Position numbers and translations under genes: made by a program. Shown here piece after piece: positions 19,136 to 28,106 of a stretch of DNA of 60,102 nt (positions are counted from its first letter, which is position 1; each line of letters begins with the position of its first letter). Source of the DNA: Candidatus Lloydbacteria bacterium RIFCSPLOWO2_01_FULL_50_20 (lineage in GTDB: Bacteria > Patescibacteriota > Minisyncoccia > Phycocordibacterales > UBA6899); contig MHLP01000037.1 of assembly GCA_001821435.1 (NCBI GenBank), positions 1-60,102 of the forward strand. The letters are read 5' to 3'. The notes below the pieces were generated by a model, which was not told the origin of the DNA, ran no database searches, and saw only the letters and a list, made by a program, of their open reading frames with translations.

Positions 19136-20140
19136 ATGAACAAACTGAAAAAAATGCTCAAGATCCTTGCATGGTGCGCGCTCGCCGTCATTGTGCTCTT
19201 CATCCTGCTTTCTTTCGGACGAGATCCGGAACGTATTGCTTACGGAGTTTCGTACAGTAAATTCTATTCGGAGGAACTTGGGCTTCCGTGGAAGGATGTG
19301 CTTATTTCCGCGCTGGACGAACTGAAAGTCAAAAAATTACGACTTATGGCATATTGGCCAATGATCGAGCCGGAGCGGGGAACATATGATTTCACTGATC
19401 TTGATTTTCAGATGAACGAAACAAGAGCGAGAAACGCCGAAGTCGTTCTTGCGGTGGGAAGGAGGCTGCCTCGGTGGCCGGAATGCCACATTCCCGACTG
19501 GGCGAAAGCACTTTCGTGGGAAGAGCAAAAAATAGCGCTTCGCGAGTATATAACGGCTGTCGTGGAACGCTATCGTTCATATGAAAATTTGCTCTATTGG
19601 CAGGTCGAAAACGAGCCTTTTCTCACGGTATTCGCATGGGAACACTGCGGAGACCTCGATAAAGATTTTTTGGACGAAGAGATCGCGCTGGTAAAACAGC
19701 TTGATCCGGATAGGCCGATCCTTGTGACGGACAGCGGCAATCTCGGTCTTTGGTACGGTGCCTGGAATGCGGGGGACACGTTCGGTACGAGCGTGTATAT
19801 GTATCTCTGGAATCCTCAGGTGGGCGAAGTGAAAAGTTTTTATCTACCGTCATTCTATAAAGTAAAGAAAAATCTTCTGACGATCGTCGGAGGCAAAAAG
19901 AAGTCCCTCCTCATTGAATTGTCTCTTGAACCGTGGCTATTAGATTCCGTAACGCGTGTGCCGCTCGATACACAGCTTGATCGAATGGGCATCGATAAAA
20001 TGAATGAGGTCCTTGGTTTCGCCGAAAAAACAGGTTTTGAGGAACAATATCTTTGGGGGGTCGAATGGTGGTATTACATGAAAGAAAAAGGGCATCCTGA
20101 ATATATTGAAAAGGCAAAGGAAATTTTTTCAGAAAAATGA
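19136..20140 (+). CDS. Membrane-anchored clan GH-A (TIM-barrel) glycoside hydrolase
   Basis: N-terminal TM anchor. WQVENEP acid/base motif. MAYWPMIEPERGTYDF is typical of GH5/GH42-like folds. Confidence 0.65.
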   Translation: MNKLKKMLKILAWCALAVIVLFILLSFGRDPERIAYGVSYSKFYSEELGLPWKDVLISALDELKVKKLRLMAYWPMIEPERGTYDFTDLDFQMNETRARNAEVVLAVGRRLPRWPECHIPDWAKALSWEEQKIALREYITAVVERYRSYENLLYWQVENEPFLTVFAWEHCGDLDKDFLDEEIALVKQLDPDRPILVTDSGNLGLWYGAWNAGDTFGTSVYMYLWNPQVGEVKSFYLPSFYKVKKNLLTIVGGKKKSLLIELSLEPWLLDSVTRVPLDTQLDRMGIDKMNEVLGFAEKTGFEEQYLWGVEWWYYMKEKGHPEYIEKAKEIFSEK

Positions 20141-20194
20141 AAAGTAACTATAGATTTATAGCTATTACTCTGATACAGTTGCGTTCTGCGGCTT

Positions 20195-21736
20195 ATGGAA
20201 TATAAGAACACTGAATATTTTAAGGTCGGTCGGGCTCTCGATCTCCGCGGATGGGACAGGGTCATCTATCGGATGCTTGAGATCTTGCCGGGGTTTCTCT
20301 CGTGGGGAACGATCATTCTTGTCGTTGTTCTTTCCATATATCAGCCGATAGTGGCGGCGTATTTCATCATCGCCTTCGACCTCTATTGGTTCTTAAAAAC
20401 AGTCTATCTTTCGCTTCATCTGCGTCATAACTGGAAACGATTAAAGTACAATCTTGCGGCGGACTGGTCAGCGATGCTTGGGAATCTCAAATACGAGCAC
20501 ATTCTTCACCTTGTGCTTCTGCCGACACATAAAGAGGGGATCGAGGTTATCCAGCAAACGGTGAATGGCATCCTTGAAACGAATTATGATAAGAAAAAGA
20601 TCGCATTGGTGCTCGCATTGGAGGAGAAAGCCGGAAGTGAGGCACTGGAAATTGCGAAGACCATTCAGTCGGAATATGCCGATCGATTCGGTTATTTTTT
20701 GACCACCGTTCATCCCGGTGATGTTCCTGGAGAATCGGCAGGGAAAGGCTCGAACATTTCTTATGCCGCCGAAGAAGCGAGAAAACTTATTTTAGATGAA
20801 CACCAGATCCCTTATGGTGATGTTATTGTCTCCGCGTTCGATATTGATACTGTCCCTTATAAACAGTATTTCTCGTGTGTTACCTGGCATTTTCTTACCG
20901 CACCGGAACCATACAAAACGTCATTCCAGCCGGTACCTTTCTATAACAACAATATCTGGCAGGCTCCCACGCTCGCAAGGATCGTCGCAGGATCAAGTAC
21001 GTTCTGGCAAATGATGCAGCAGGAAAGACCGGAAAAACTCGCGACGTTTTCTTCGCATTCCGTATCTTTTTCCGCGCTCTATGAAATAGGCTACTGGCAG
21101 AAAAACATGGTTTCCGAAGACTCAAGGATATTCTGGAATCTGTACCTTGCGCATAACGGCAACTACAGTGTTCTCCCGCTGTCCTACCCGGTCTCCATGG
21201 ATGCAAATGTCGCACCGCATTTTTTTCAGACGGTGAGAAATATTTACAAACAGCATCGTCGCTGGACATATGGCGTAGAAAATCTCCCCTACATTCTTTT
21301 TGGTTTCATAAAAAATAGGCAAATTCCGTTCTGGAAAAAGGTGAGCACGTCTTTCGTGCAGATAGAAGGTTTTTGGTCTCTTGCGACCAATCCGATCATG
21401 ATCTTTCTTTTGGGTTGGCTCCCCGTTATCTTAGGCGGGGACAAATTCAATAAGTTGGTGCTCTCATACAATCTTCCGATCCTTACGCGCAATATCATGG
21501 TGATCACCATGCTCGGCCTCGTTATTTCGTCGATCATATTCATGTCGTTCCTGCCCGAAAGACCAAAAGATAAGGGATTGCTTGCTCACCTCGGAATGTT
21601 CTTGCAGTGGATCTTGGTGCCGTTTACCATAGTGATATTCGGGGCGGTCCCGGGGCTCGACGCGCAGACAAGACTGATGTTTGGAAAATATCTTGGTTTT
21701 TGGGTTACGCCAAAACATCGAAAAAAACCACAATGA
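20195..21736 (+). CDS. Membrane-embedded processive GT2 glycosyltransferase (beta-glycan synthase-like)
   Basis: VSAFDIDT (DxD-like), SEDSRI and QHRRW (QxxRW) motifs, flanked by multiple TM helices. Confidence 0.8.
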   Translation: MEYKNTEYFKVGRALDLRGWDRVIYRMLEILPGFLSWGTIILVVVLSIYQPIVAAYFIIAFDLYWFLKTVYLSLHLRHNWKRLKYNLAADWSAMLGNLKYEHILHLVLLPTHKEGIEVIQQTVNGILETNYDKKKIALVLALEEKAGSEALEIAKTIQSEYADRFGYFLTTVHPGDVPGESAGKGSNISYAAEEARKLILDEHQIPYGDVIVSAFDIDTVPYKQYFSCVTWHFLTAPEPYKTSFQPVPFYNNNIWQAPTLARIVAGSSTFWQMMQQERPEKLATFSSHSVSFSALYEIGYWQKNMVSEDSRIFWNLYLAHNGNYSVLPLSYPVSMDANVAPHFFQTVRNIYKQHRRWTYGVENLPYILFGFIKNRQIPFWKKVSTSFVQIEGFWSLATNPIMIFLLGWLPVILGGDKFNKLVLSYNLPILTRNIMVITMLGLVISSIIFMSFLPERPKDKGLLAHLGMFLQWILVPFTIVIFGAVPGLDAQTRLMFGKYLGFWVTPKHRKKPQ

Positions 21737-22608
21737 AACCCCTGTCAAAAACCAAACGGCGCGGTTACCTTATTTTTTTCGCTATTGTTTTTTTGATCGG
21801 GACACCGCTTTTTATTCTGGATGCCAAAGGATACCGATTGAATTGGAGCGGCGTGCTCAAAATTTCACAGACTGGCGGTTTGTATATCAGTACCGATCAG
21901 TCAGGAATGGAGATCTATGTGAACAACGAATTGGTAAGAAGAACGAGTATCGTTCAGAAAAGCATCTATGTTTCAGACCTGAAGCCGGCTCTATACGAGA
22001 TAAGAGTCGCCAAAGAGGGAATGCATCCGTGGAATAAGATGCTCGAGGTGTTCCCCGAGATCGTCACTGAGGCACGGTCCTTTCTTGTTAGGTCTAAGCC
22101 TCTTCTTGTCGAGGTTCCCAGGTATTTTGATGCGCAGAGAGGAATAGCAACCAGTTCTGCAAGGAGCGATTATGTAAAGAATCCTGAATTTGAAGCACTC
22201 AACATCCTCTTTTTGCCACCTGCCGTAAAAACCATCCCGATCGGTAAGGCAACAACATCTCCGGATAAAACGTTGATTGGTCTCCTCATAAAGAATGAAG
22301 CAGGAAAGCTTCTCGTCACTTGGGCTGGGTCAAAAGATTCAATTCCGAATTATTTTTGTGAAAGCGACGTCTGTAAATCAATGATCACCATCAGCACGGC
22401 GTCACGGATATTGTCCTTTGATTTCTTCCCGGGTAGAGACGATCTTTTGCTATTGCAGCTGGAGAACGGCATTTATGTTTCCGAAATCGATGATCGGTCA
22501 CCGCAAAATGTCATGCCGATCGTTTCAGGACTTGGCTATGATTTCAAAGTGAAGGACGGGCGTATCTACATTAAAAAGGACGGAAAGATCTATCTTGTGT
22601 CTGTCTAA
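21733..22608 (+). CDS. Membrane-anchored PEGA-domain protein
   Basis: Start MKPLSK overlaps the GT2 stop (ATGA). IRVAKEGMHPW is PEGA-like. Confidence 0.6.
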   Translation: MKPLSKTKRRGYLIFFAIVFLIGTPLFILDAKGYRLNWSGVLKISQTGGLYISTDQSGMEIYVNNELVRRTSIVQKSIYVSDLKPALYEIRVAKEGMHPWNKMLEVFPEIVTEARSFLVRSKPLLVEVPRYFDAQRGIATSSARSDYVKNPEFEALNILFLPPAVKTIPIGKATTSPDKTLIGLLIKNEAGKLLVTWAGSKDSIPNYFCESDVCKSMITISTASRILSFDFFPGRDDLLLLQLENGIYVSEIDDRSPQNVMPIVSGLGYDFKVKDGRIYIKKDGKIYLVSV

Positions 22609-23019
22609 ATGCGAAGTGGCAGGAATTATCGGCGACCACGTTGAGAAAAGTAATCAACATGCATTTTTCTATCTGTCAAAATATTCAGGCGGAAAGTAGG
22701 GAAGGTGATCCCAATAAATCTATGATTAAAGCCGTTTTTCTATTTTTTAGGTATGGGGAGTAAGCGAAAAAACCAGGAAAATTAACCCCAAAAACACACC
22801 CCCCTTGATTTTAGGGGTTAAATGTAAAAAATCTCATAAATTTTACACTTTGTCAAAATGACTCCACGTTTTCTGGCGAGGCATTTTTAAAGTCAGCTGA
22901 AGCGACTGTTGAAAAATAGGCCTAATAATAAGGATATTTCTTTACCTGTGCAATAGTGGTTGCTTCGATATCGTGGTTGCGTACAATTGCGTCGTACTCA
23001 TTTTGAAGCACTGGTGTCA

Positions 23020-23048
23020 TTGACTATTACATAAATTTGTGATACAAT
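23020..23048 (+). promoter_or_regulatory. Sigma70-type promoter TTGACT-N17-TACAAT
   Basis: TTGACT at 23020-23025 and TACAAT at 23043-23048. The spacer is exactly 17 nt with TG upstream of the -10. Confidence 0.5.
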
Positions 23049-23058
23049 TTTGACACTT

Positions 23059-23078
23059 CGCCGCGCGGCGTTTTTTTT
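23059..23078 (+). terminator. GC hairpin plus T8 just downstream of the promoter (leader attenuator or terminator)
   Basis: cgccgcgcggcg (4-bp stem with a 4-nt loop) followed by tttttttt. Lies 50 nt before the SLT gene start. Confidence 0.4.
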
Positions 23079-23127
23079 ATTACTGTGGCAAGTAAAGCGT
23101 TAAGTAATCGTAAAAACAACCAATCTC

Positions 23128-23844
23128 ATGATGAAATCGCACAACGAAGCTCACAGACAGTCGAAAACATCACGAACATACATCATTGTACTCGGTACGC
23201 TTCTTTTCTTGGGAGTATGTATTCCCGGAACTCTTTTCGCCGCAACTGCACATCTGGAGGAAAATGCCCCTCAATTCATCAATAAAACGCAAGATATGTA
23301 CGGGGCGATGGTAGCGAGCGCTGCACTCCTTCATGACGTCGACCCCAAGCTGATCCTCGCCGTGATCATTGTCGAGTCGGAAGGAAACCCTAACGTGGTC
23401 TCCTATCGTGGCGCGCAAGGGCTAATGCAGTTGATGCCCGGAACGGCAAGAGCCATGGGTGTAAAGAATGCAAAAGAGCCCCGGCAGAACATCCTTGCGG
23501 GAACCAAGTACCTCAAGCTACTTGAGAACACCTACGGATTTGATTCGTTCGCGGAAATGCTCGTTGCGTACAATATGGGCCCCAGCGGAGCGAAGCGATG
23601 GCTTGCAAGAAATGCTCCGGAAGACTATCACTATGTGAAAAATGTCATGTATATCTACGGTGTGCTGGATGAAAAAGAAAAAGAAGACGCGCGACTCGCT
23701 CAAAATTCGGTCAAGAGATTTGTCGGACAGGATATCTTCTCAGGCTTGCAGCCTTTGGTCAATCGGCCGCGAGTACTCTCCATGTTAGATCTTCCCATGA
23801 CGATGCTCACTGTGCGTGACGATGAGATAAAACTTGAGAACTAA
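23128..23844 (+). CDS. Lytic transglycosylase (SLT/GH23 domain)
   Basis: VIIVESEGNPNVVSYRGAQGLMQLMPGTA, with the catalytic Glu in the ES motif. N-terminal signal/anchor. Confidence 0.85.
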   Translation: MMKSHNEAHRQSKTSRTYIIVLGTLLFLGVCIPGTLFAATAHLEENAPQFINKTQDMYGAMVASAALLHDVDPKLILAVIIVESEGNPNVVSYRGAQGLMQLMPGTARAMGVKNAKEPRQNILAGTKYLKLLENTYGFDSFAEMLVAYNMGPSGAKRWLARNAPEDYHYVKNVMYIYGVLDEKEKEDARLAQNSVKRFVGQDIFSGLQPLVNRPRVLSMLDLPMTMLTVRDDEIKLEN

Positions 23845-23942
23845 GAACCAACCCACGATCTTTTTGTCGATGCCGAAAAGATGAGATCTTGCCTTGTTGA
23901 ATATCGTTTTTTGAGCGGCACAAAAGATCGGGGATTGGTTCT
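23844..23942. repeat. 99-bp palindromic element with 21-bp (19/21) terminal inverted repeats, starting on the SLT stop codon
   Basis: AGAACCAACCCACGATCTTTT (23844-23864) against AAAAGATCGGGGATTGGTTCT (23922-23942). Shares the AGAACC...GGTTCT termini with the 11171-11367 element. Confidence 0.6.
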
Positions 23943-24109
23943 AAGTCTCTCAGGCAAATTGGGGTCTCTACCAATTTTTGTGCGTGATGTTTTTGCGGAT
24001 GGATCCTCACGGGTATCGAGGTGTCTATTGAGCCATGTATTTGTCATCCTGTCGGTGTGTTTCTTCAGTGTGGATTTTCCCGATGCAATGATATAATAGG
24101 ATGTGCAAT

Positions 24110-24958
24110 ATGAGGGTTCTCTCTAAATTATCCATCGGGGTCCTTTGCGTGTTTGCTTTTCTTACACCCGCCGTGCTCTTTGCCGCAGTGCTTTCCGCGG
24201 GTATTCCAAAGGAATCCCTTTGGTTCTCCAAAGACCCGTTTCTGGATGGGGATCAGATAGTCATTTCTGTTCCGCTCTATAATTCAAGCGAATATCGTTT
24301 CAGCGGTATCGTAGAGCTTCAAGACGGCATGACGATGATCGGCAAAGTACCCTTCATCCTTCCATCGGGAGTGTCACAGATATTCACTTTCCCGTGGAAA
24401 GCAACAAGCGGTGAACATAATTTTTCGGTCGCGATAACTGGTGAAGAGTTTTTTTTCAAAGATAAAAGCCTTCTTGATCAGCCGTCTTTCGACGGAATAA
24501 GCGGGGTGATCAGGCGTTCCGTTGCGGTAAAACAAATAATACCAGCATTGGATCCTGCTGTGTCGCCACTCGCAGATGATCCGGCGGACGAAGAAACACC
24601 GGTGACCCAATATTTGAGCATGAAGATACCTGAGTCGATCGCAAAACGTGTCATGCCAGCCATAGAAGGAATTGAGCAGTTTCGGGTAAACCAGGCGGAA
24701 CGCGCAAATTCGATGAAGAATGAGATCCTGGAGGAGCTTTCTCGGACGATGGACACTTCAGAAAAAAGCTCGAGCGGATGGGGTGTCTTTACGGGCGGAG
24801 TCGCCAAGGGGGATATCATTTATTCGCCTTGGCAGTACGCAAAACTGTTTTTCGTGCTCTGCTATGAGTTTTTGACTGAAAATATCTATGCGTTCTATAT
24901 GCTCTGTGCGTATATCCTCTATCAGATCATTCGCTTTGCCACATCATTCTTTTCCTGA
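24110..24958 (+). CDS. Hypothetical secreted/membrane protein
   Basis: Signal-like MRVLSKLSIGVLCVFAFLTPAVLFAA and a C-terminal TM segment. Confidence 0.55.
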   Translation: MRVLSKLSIGVLCVFAFLTPAVLFAAVLSAGIPKESLWFSKDPFLDGDQIVISVPLYNSSEYRFSGIVELQDGMTMIGKVPFILPSGVSQIFTFPWKATSGEHNFSVAITGEEFFFKDKSLLDQPSFDGISGVIRRSVAVKQIIPALDPAVSPLADDPADEETPVTQYLSMKIPESIAKRVMPAIEGIEQFRVNQAERANSMKNEILEELSRTMDTSEKSSSGWGVFTGGVAKGDIIYSPWQYAKLFFVLCYEFLTENIYAFYMLCAYILYQIIRFATSFFS

Positions 24959-25080
24959 TGGTAAGCCGGCATGGTCTGTGCACAAATGATATAATGACCA
25001 TGAAGATGCAAATAGCATTATGAGCAATTATCAGACATAAATGCGCCTTAGTAGCCATACGCGTACTCATTGCAAAACAC

Positions 25081-25587
25081 ATGGACCGAAAAAGCACCTT
25101 CATGATCGTCGGACTTCTCTTGCTCGGGATCGTATTTTTTCTTGTTATTTTGTTTACCCGAAACGTGATCAATACGAATGGCGATACGCCGTACACTGCG
25201 TCGACAACGGACTGGACAAATACACCCGCAGAGCCCCGGGACGTGCTTGTTACTCCAAAAACTACGGTAACCGCAAAGCACGCATATCAAAATGGCACAC
25301 ATATTATCGCGGGTGAAATACCGCTTCCCACACCATGCCATATTCTCGAGACAAAAGGTTCTGCTTCGGCGGACAAAAAGCAAGTGTTCATCGAGCTTAC
25401 TTCAAGTATAAAAACCGATGAAATGTGCGCGCAAGTGATCACCCCCGCGCGTTTTAAGGTGAGCGTTAAGGCTTTGTCGGGTGCAAAAATGAGCGCGACC
25501 TTGAACGGTCAGGAGGTCATTCTCAATCTGATCGAAGCGGGTCCCGAGGAGAACCTGGATAATTTCGAGTTGTATATCAAAGGATAA
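25081..25587 (+). CDS. Hypothetical membrane-anchored protein
   Basis: N-terminal TM FMIVGLLLLGIVFFLVILF. No recognised motif. Confidence 0.55.
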   Translation: MDRKSTFMIVGLLLLGIVFFLVILFTRNVINTNGDTPYTASTTDWTNTPAEPRDVLVTPKTTVTAKHAYQNGTHIIAGEIPLPTPCHILETKGSASADKKQVFIELTSSIKTDEMCAQVITPARFKVSVKALSGAKMSATLNGQEVILNLIEAGPEENLDNFELYIKG

Positions 25588-25668
25588 GGCCGTTCGGCTC
25601 GCGCTCGCCCCGTAGCGAGCTTAGCACTATTACTGGGGTAATTTTTTTTAGTTTGTTATACTCACCTG

Positions 25669-25965
25669 ATGAAGTTAAACGATCGGTCCATTTGCTTTAT
25701 GGCGGGACTGTACGGTAATGAACGTTCCCCTGTTCGCGCTCTAGGGCATAAAGGGCTCGATTTTGTACTCGGAAATCCAAAAGCATATGAACGGAACATC
25801 CGTTTTATCGATCGAGACCTGAATGCATCTTTTGGTGTGAGCGACAGCTCATACGAATCGGGACGAGCTACCGAGATACTGAATGAGATCAATGGGGGCG
25901 ATGTCGTTATAGACTTCCACACAACCACTGCTCCCGGTGTTCCATTTGCCGTTCTTACTGAATAA
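25669..25965 (+). pseudogene. Truncated AstE/AspA (succinylglutamate desuccinylase/aspartoacylase) family fragment
   Basis: Only 98 aa, against about 300 as I recall for the family. AGLYGNE (HGNE with H replaced by Y), DLNASF (DLNR-like), DFHTT. Confidence 0.45.
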
Positions 25966-26148
25966 GAAGAGTCACCTAACGCGCCTGTTCTTGCCCGAAG
26001 AGCTTTCATTTGCTAGGCTTTGAAATACTTGTCCCGTTAGAGTCCGTGATGGTACGGGGCAGGCAATAGACTTCATGTCGCCTTAATTTTTTATAAGATT
26101 TTTAACCAAACGGGTGGTGAGAGCTATCGCGACCCGCCTTTAACTAGG

Positions 26149-26700
26149 ATGCAAAAACAAAAAAGAGACCTCATATTAGTATTTATCATCGGTTTTCTTG
26201 TGGGCGCTTCGGTCATAACGGTGTGGAACTCACAGAGAAGCGGAGGTGATACGTCCGGAAATTTCGCATCGACGCCGACCGGCAGCGAAGACGAGGGTTC
26301 ATTTGCCGAGAACGCCTCGGTGCAACTACTCTCTTCAGCGGCAGGTTTTTTTCCGCTTCCCCCATCTATTCCGGCAAATACCCGAGTCGGACTTTCGGTC
26401 TCAGATCAGCCCAAAGGCAAGACGGTCTTCATCAAAGAACTTTCTGTGACCGGAACAAAATGGGTCGCAATTTATGACGACAAGGAGGGAAGGCCGGGGT
26501 GGATACTCGGTGCGTTACGGGTGCGTGAAGGCGATAAGGAGGCGACCGTTTCGCTTCTTCGCCCTGAAGGAACGGCTTCGGGCGGCACATACTATGCCGC
26601 AATATTAAACGATGACGGAGACGGAGAGTTCAATCGTCTGACCGATCTTCCGCCACTTTCTCCCGAAAATGTCACTGTTGTGCGTTTTATAGCACAATAG
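26149..26700 (+). CDS. Hypothetical secreted protein
   Basis: N-terminal TM/signal LILVFIIGFLVGASVITVW. Confidence 0.55.
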   Translation: MQKQKRDLILVFIIGFLVGASVITVWNSQRSGGDTSGNFASTPTGSEDEGSFAENASVQLLSSAAGFFPLPPSIPANTRVGLSVSDQPKGKTVFIKELSVTGTKWVAIYDDKEGRPGWILGALRVREGDKEATVSLLRPEGTASGGTYYAAILNDDGDGEFNRLTDLPPLSPENVTVVRFIAQ

Positions 26701-26875
26701 TTACGGAAAAAAGCAAAAATTCCGATGAGGAATTTTACGGGACACCTTCAGTTGCCCATTTTTTTCTTCTTATTCTGGGTAACCAGAGTAATACACAGGT
26801 GAGATAGTGGCCATGGTGCTATAATATTCCGTATAAGATGGACGGCTCCAAAGGAGTTGCCCCGTCTTTCTTTAC

Positions 26876-28090
26876 ATGAAGAATATTCGTGTGCTCATGT
26901 TCGGGTGGGAGTTTCCGCCGCACAATAGCGGTGGATTGGGTACTGCGTGCTACGGTCTTTCTAAAAGTCTTTCTCGCGCGAATGTTTCGGTGATCTTTGT
27001 TCTCCCGAAAAAGTTAGACGGGTTTGACCATGATTTTCTCAAGATTATTTTTGCAAATATCAGAAACATTAAATTTCGAGAAATGCAGACATTGATCCAC
27101 CCGTATATCACACCGGATGTCTATGACGAATATTTGCGCACTGCTCCCGAGCACGAACTGTACGGGCTCAATCTTTTCGATGAAGTCAGGCGTTATGGCC
27201 TGCAGGCGAGGAACATCGCGCGCGAGGAAGCGCACGATGTCATCCATGCGCATGACTGGCTGTCGTTCCGCGCCGGCATAGAAGCTCGACGCGTTTCGGG
27301 CAAGCCGCTCATCGTGCATGTCCACGCGACCGAATTCGACCGGACCGGAGGACATCCCAATCAATATATCTACGATGAAGAACGCCGCGGACTCCACGCG
27401 GCAGACTGCATCGTTGCCGTCTCGCAGCATACAAAAAATGTCATTGTCGAACATTATGGTATCCGTCAGCATAAAGTCGTTGTCGTGCATAATGGCATTG
27501 ATCATGCCGAGCATCGTAAGGCGCTTCCGCAGGCGCTGACCCACATCCGCGCCAAAGGAAAGAAGATCGTGCTTTTTGTTGGACGGCTAACGATCCAGAA
27601 AGGTCCGGATTATTTTGTCAGGGTTGCTAAACGTGTTCTAGAATTCGAACCCAATACGCTCTTCGTCATTTCCGGCTCTGGCGATATGGAGCATCAGATC
27701 ATCCGTCAGGCCGCCGATCTTGGTCTTGGAGAGCAGATCGTTTTTGCCGGTTTTGTGCGCGACGAGGAACTGATGAAACTCTATCGCGCAGCGGATCTCT
27801 ATGTGATGACCTCGGTTTCGGAGCCGTTCGGCCTCACTGCCCTTGAATCGCTCGCGAATGGCACGCCGATCCTGGTCTCCAAGCAGTCGGGAGTCTCCGA
27901 AGTTCTCACCCATGCCTTAAAATCCGATTTTTGGGATATTGATGATATGGCGGATAAGATCGTCAATGTCCTCGAGAGCAAGGGACTTCACGAGACGCTC
28001 GCAGAACTCGGCGCAAAGGATGTCGAGCATGTGACGTGGGAGAGTGCAGCCGGAAAGTGCGCGGATATTTATCGGAATCATTTAGCATAA
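26876..28090 (+). CDS. GT4/GT5-type glycosyltransferase, archaeal-type glycogen synthase-like
   Basis: VLMFGWEFPPHNSGGLGTACYGL N-terminus. C-terminal SEPFGLTALESLANGTP (E-x7-E region). Confidence 0.8.
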   Translation: MKNIRVLMFGWEFPPHNSGGLGTACYGLSKSLSRANVSVIFVLPKKLDGFDHDFLKIIFANIRNIKFREMQTLIHPYITPDVYDEYLRTAPEHELYGLNLFDEVRRYGLQARNIAREEAHDVIHAHDWLSFRAGIEARRVSGKPLIVHVHATEFDRTGGHPNQYIYDEERRGLHAADCIVAVSQHTKNVIVEHYGIRQHKVVVVHNGIDHAEHRKALPQALTHIRAKGKKIVLFVGRLTIQKGPDYFVRVAKRVLEFEPNTLFVISGSGDMEHQIIRQAADLGLGEQIVFAGFVRDEELMKLYRAADLYVMTSVSEPFGLTALESLANGTPILVSKQSGVSEVLTHALKSDFWDIDDMADKIVNVLESKGLHETLAELGAKDVEHVTWESAAGKCADIYRNHLA

Positions 28091-28106
28091 GATCTCATTT
28101 ATTTTT

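Noticed and set aside
25662-26009. The 115-aa minus-strand ORF overlapping the AstE/AspA fragment.
   Set aside because: It is the antisense shadow of the plus-strand fragment, which carries the recognisable family motifs. The minus-strand translation is Ser/Pro/Arg-rich.
26031-26040. The shared 10-mer TCCCGTTAGA at 26031 and 31472, as a possible repeat family.
   Set aside because: By my rough estimate, more than a thousand 10-mer coincidences are expected by chance in 60 kb, and the similarity does not extend convincingly beyond the 10-mer.
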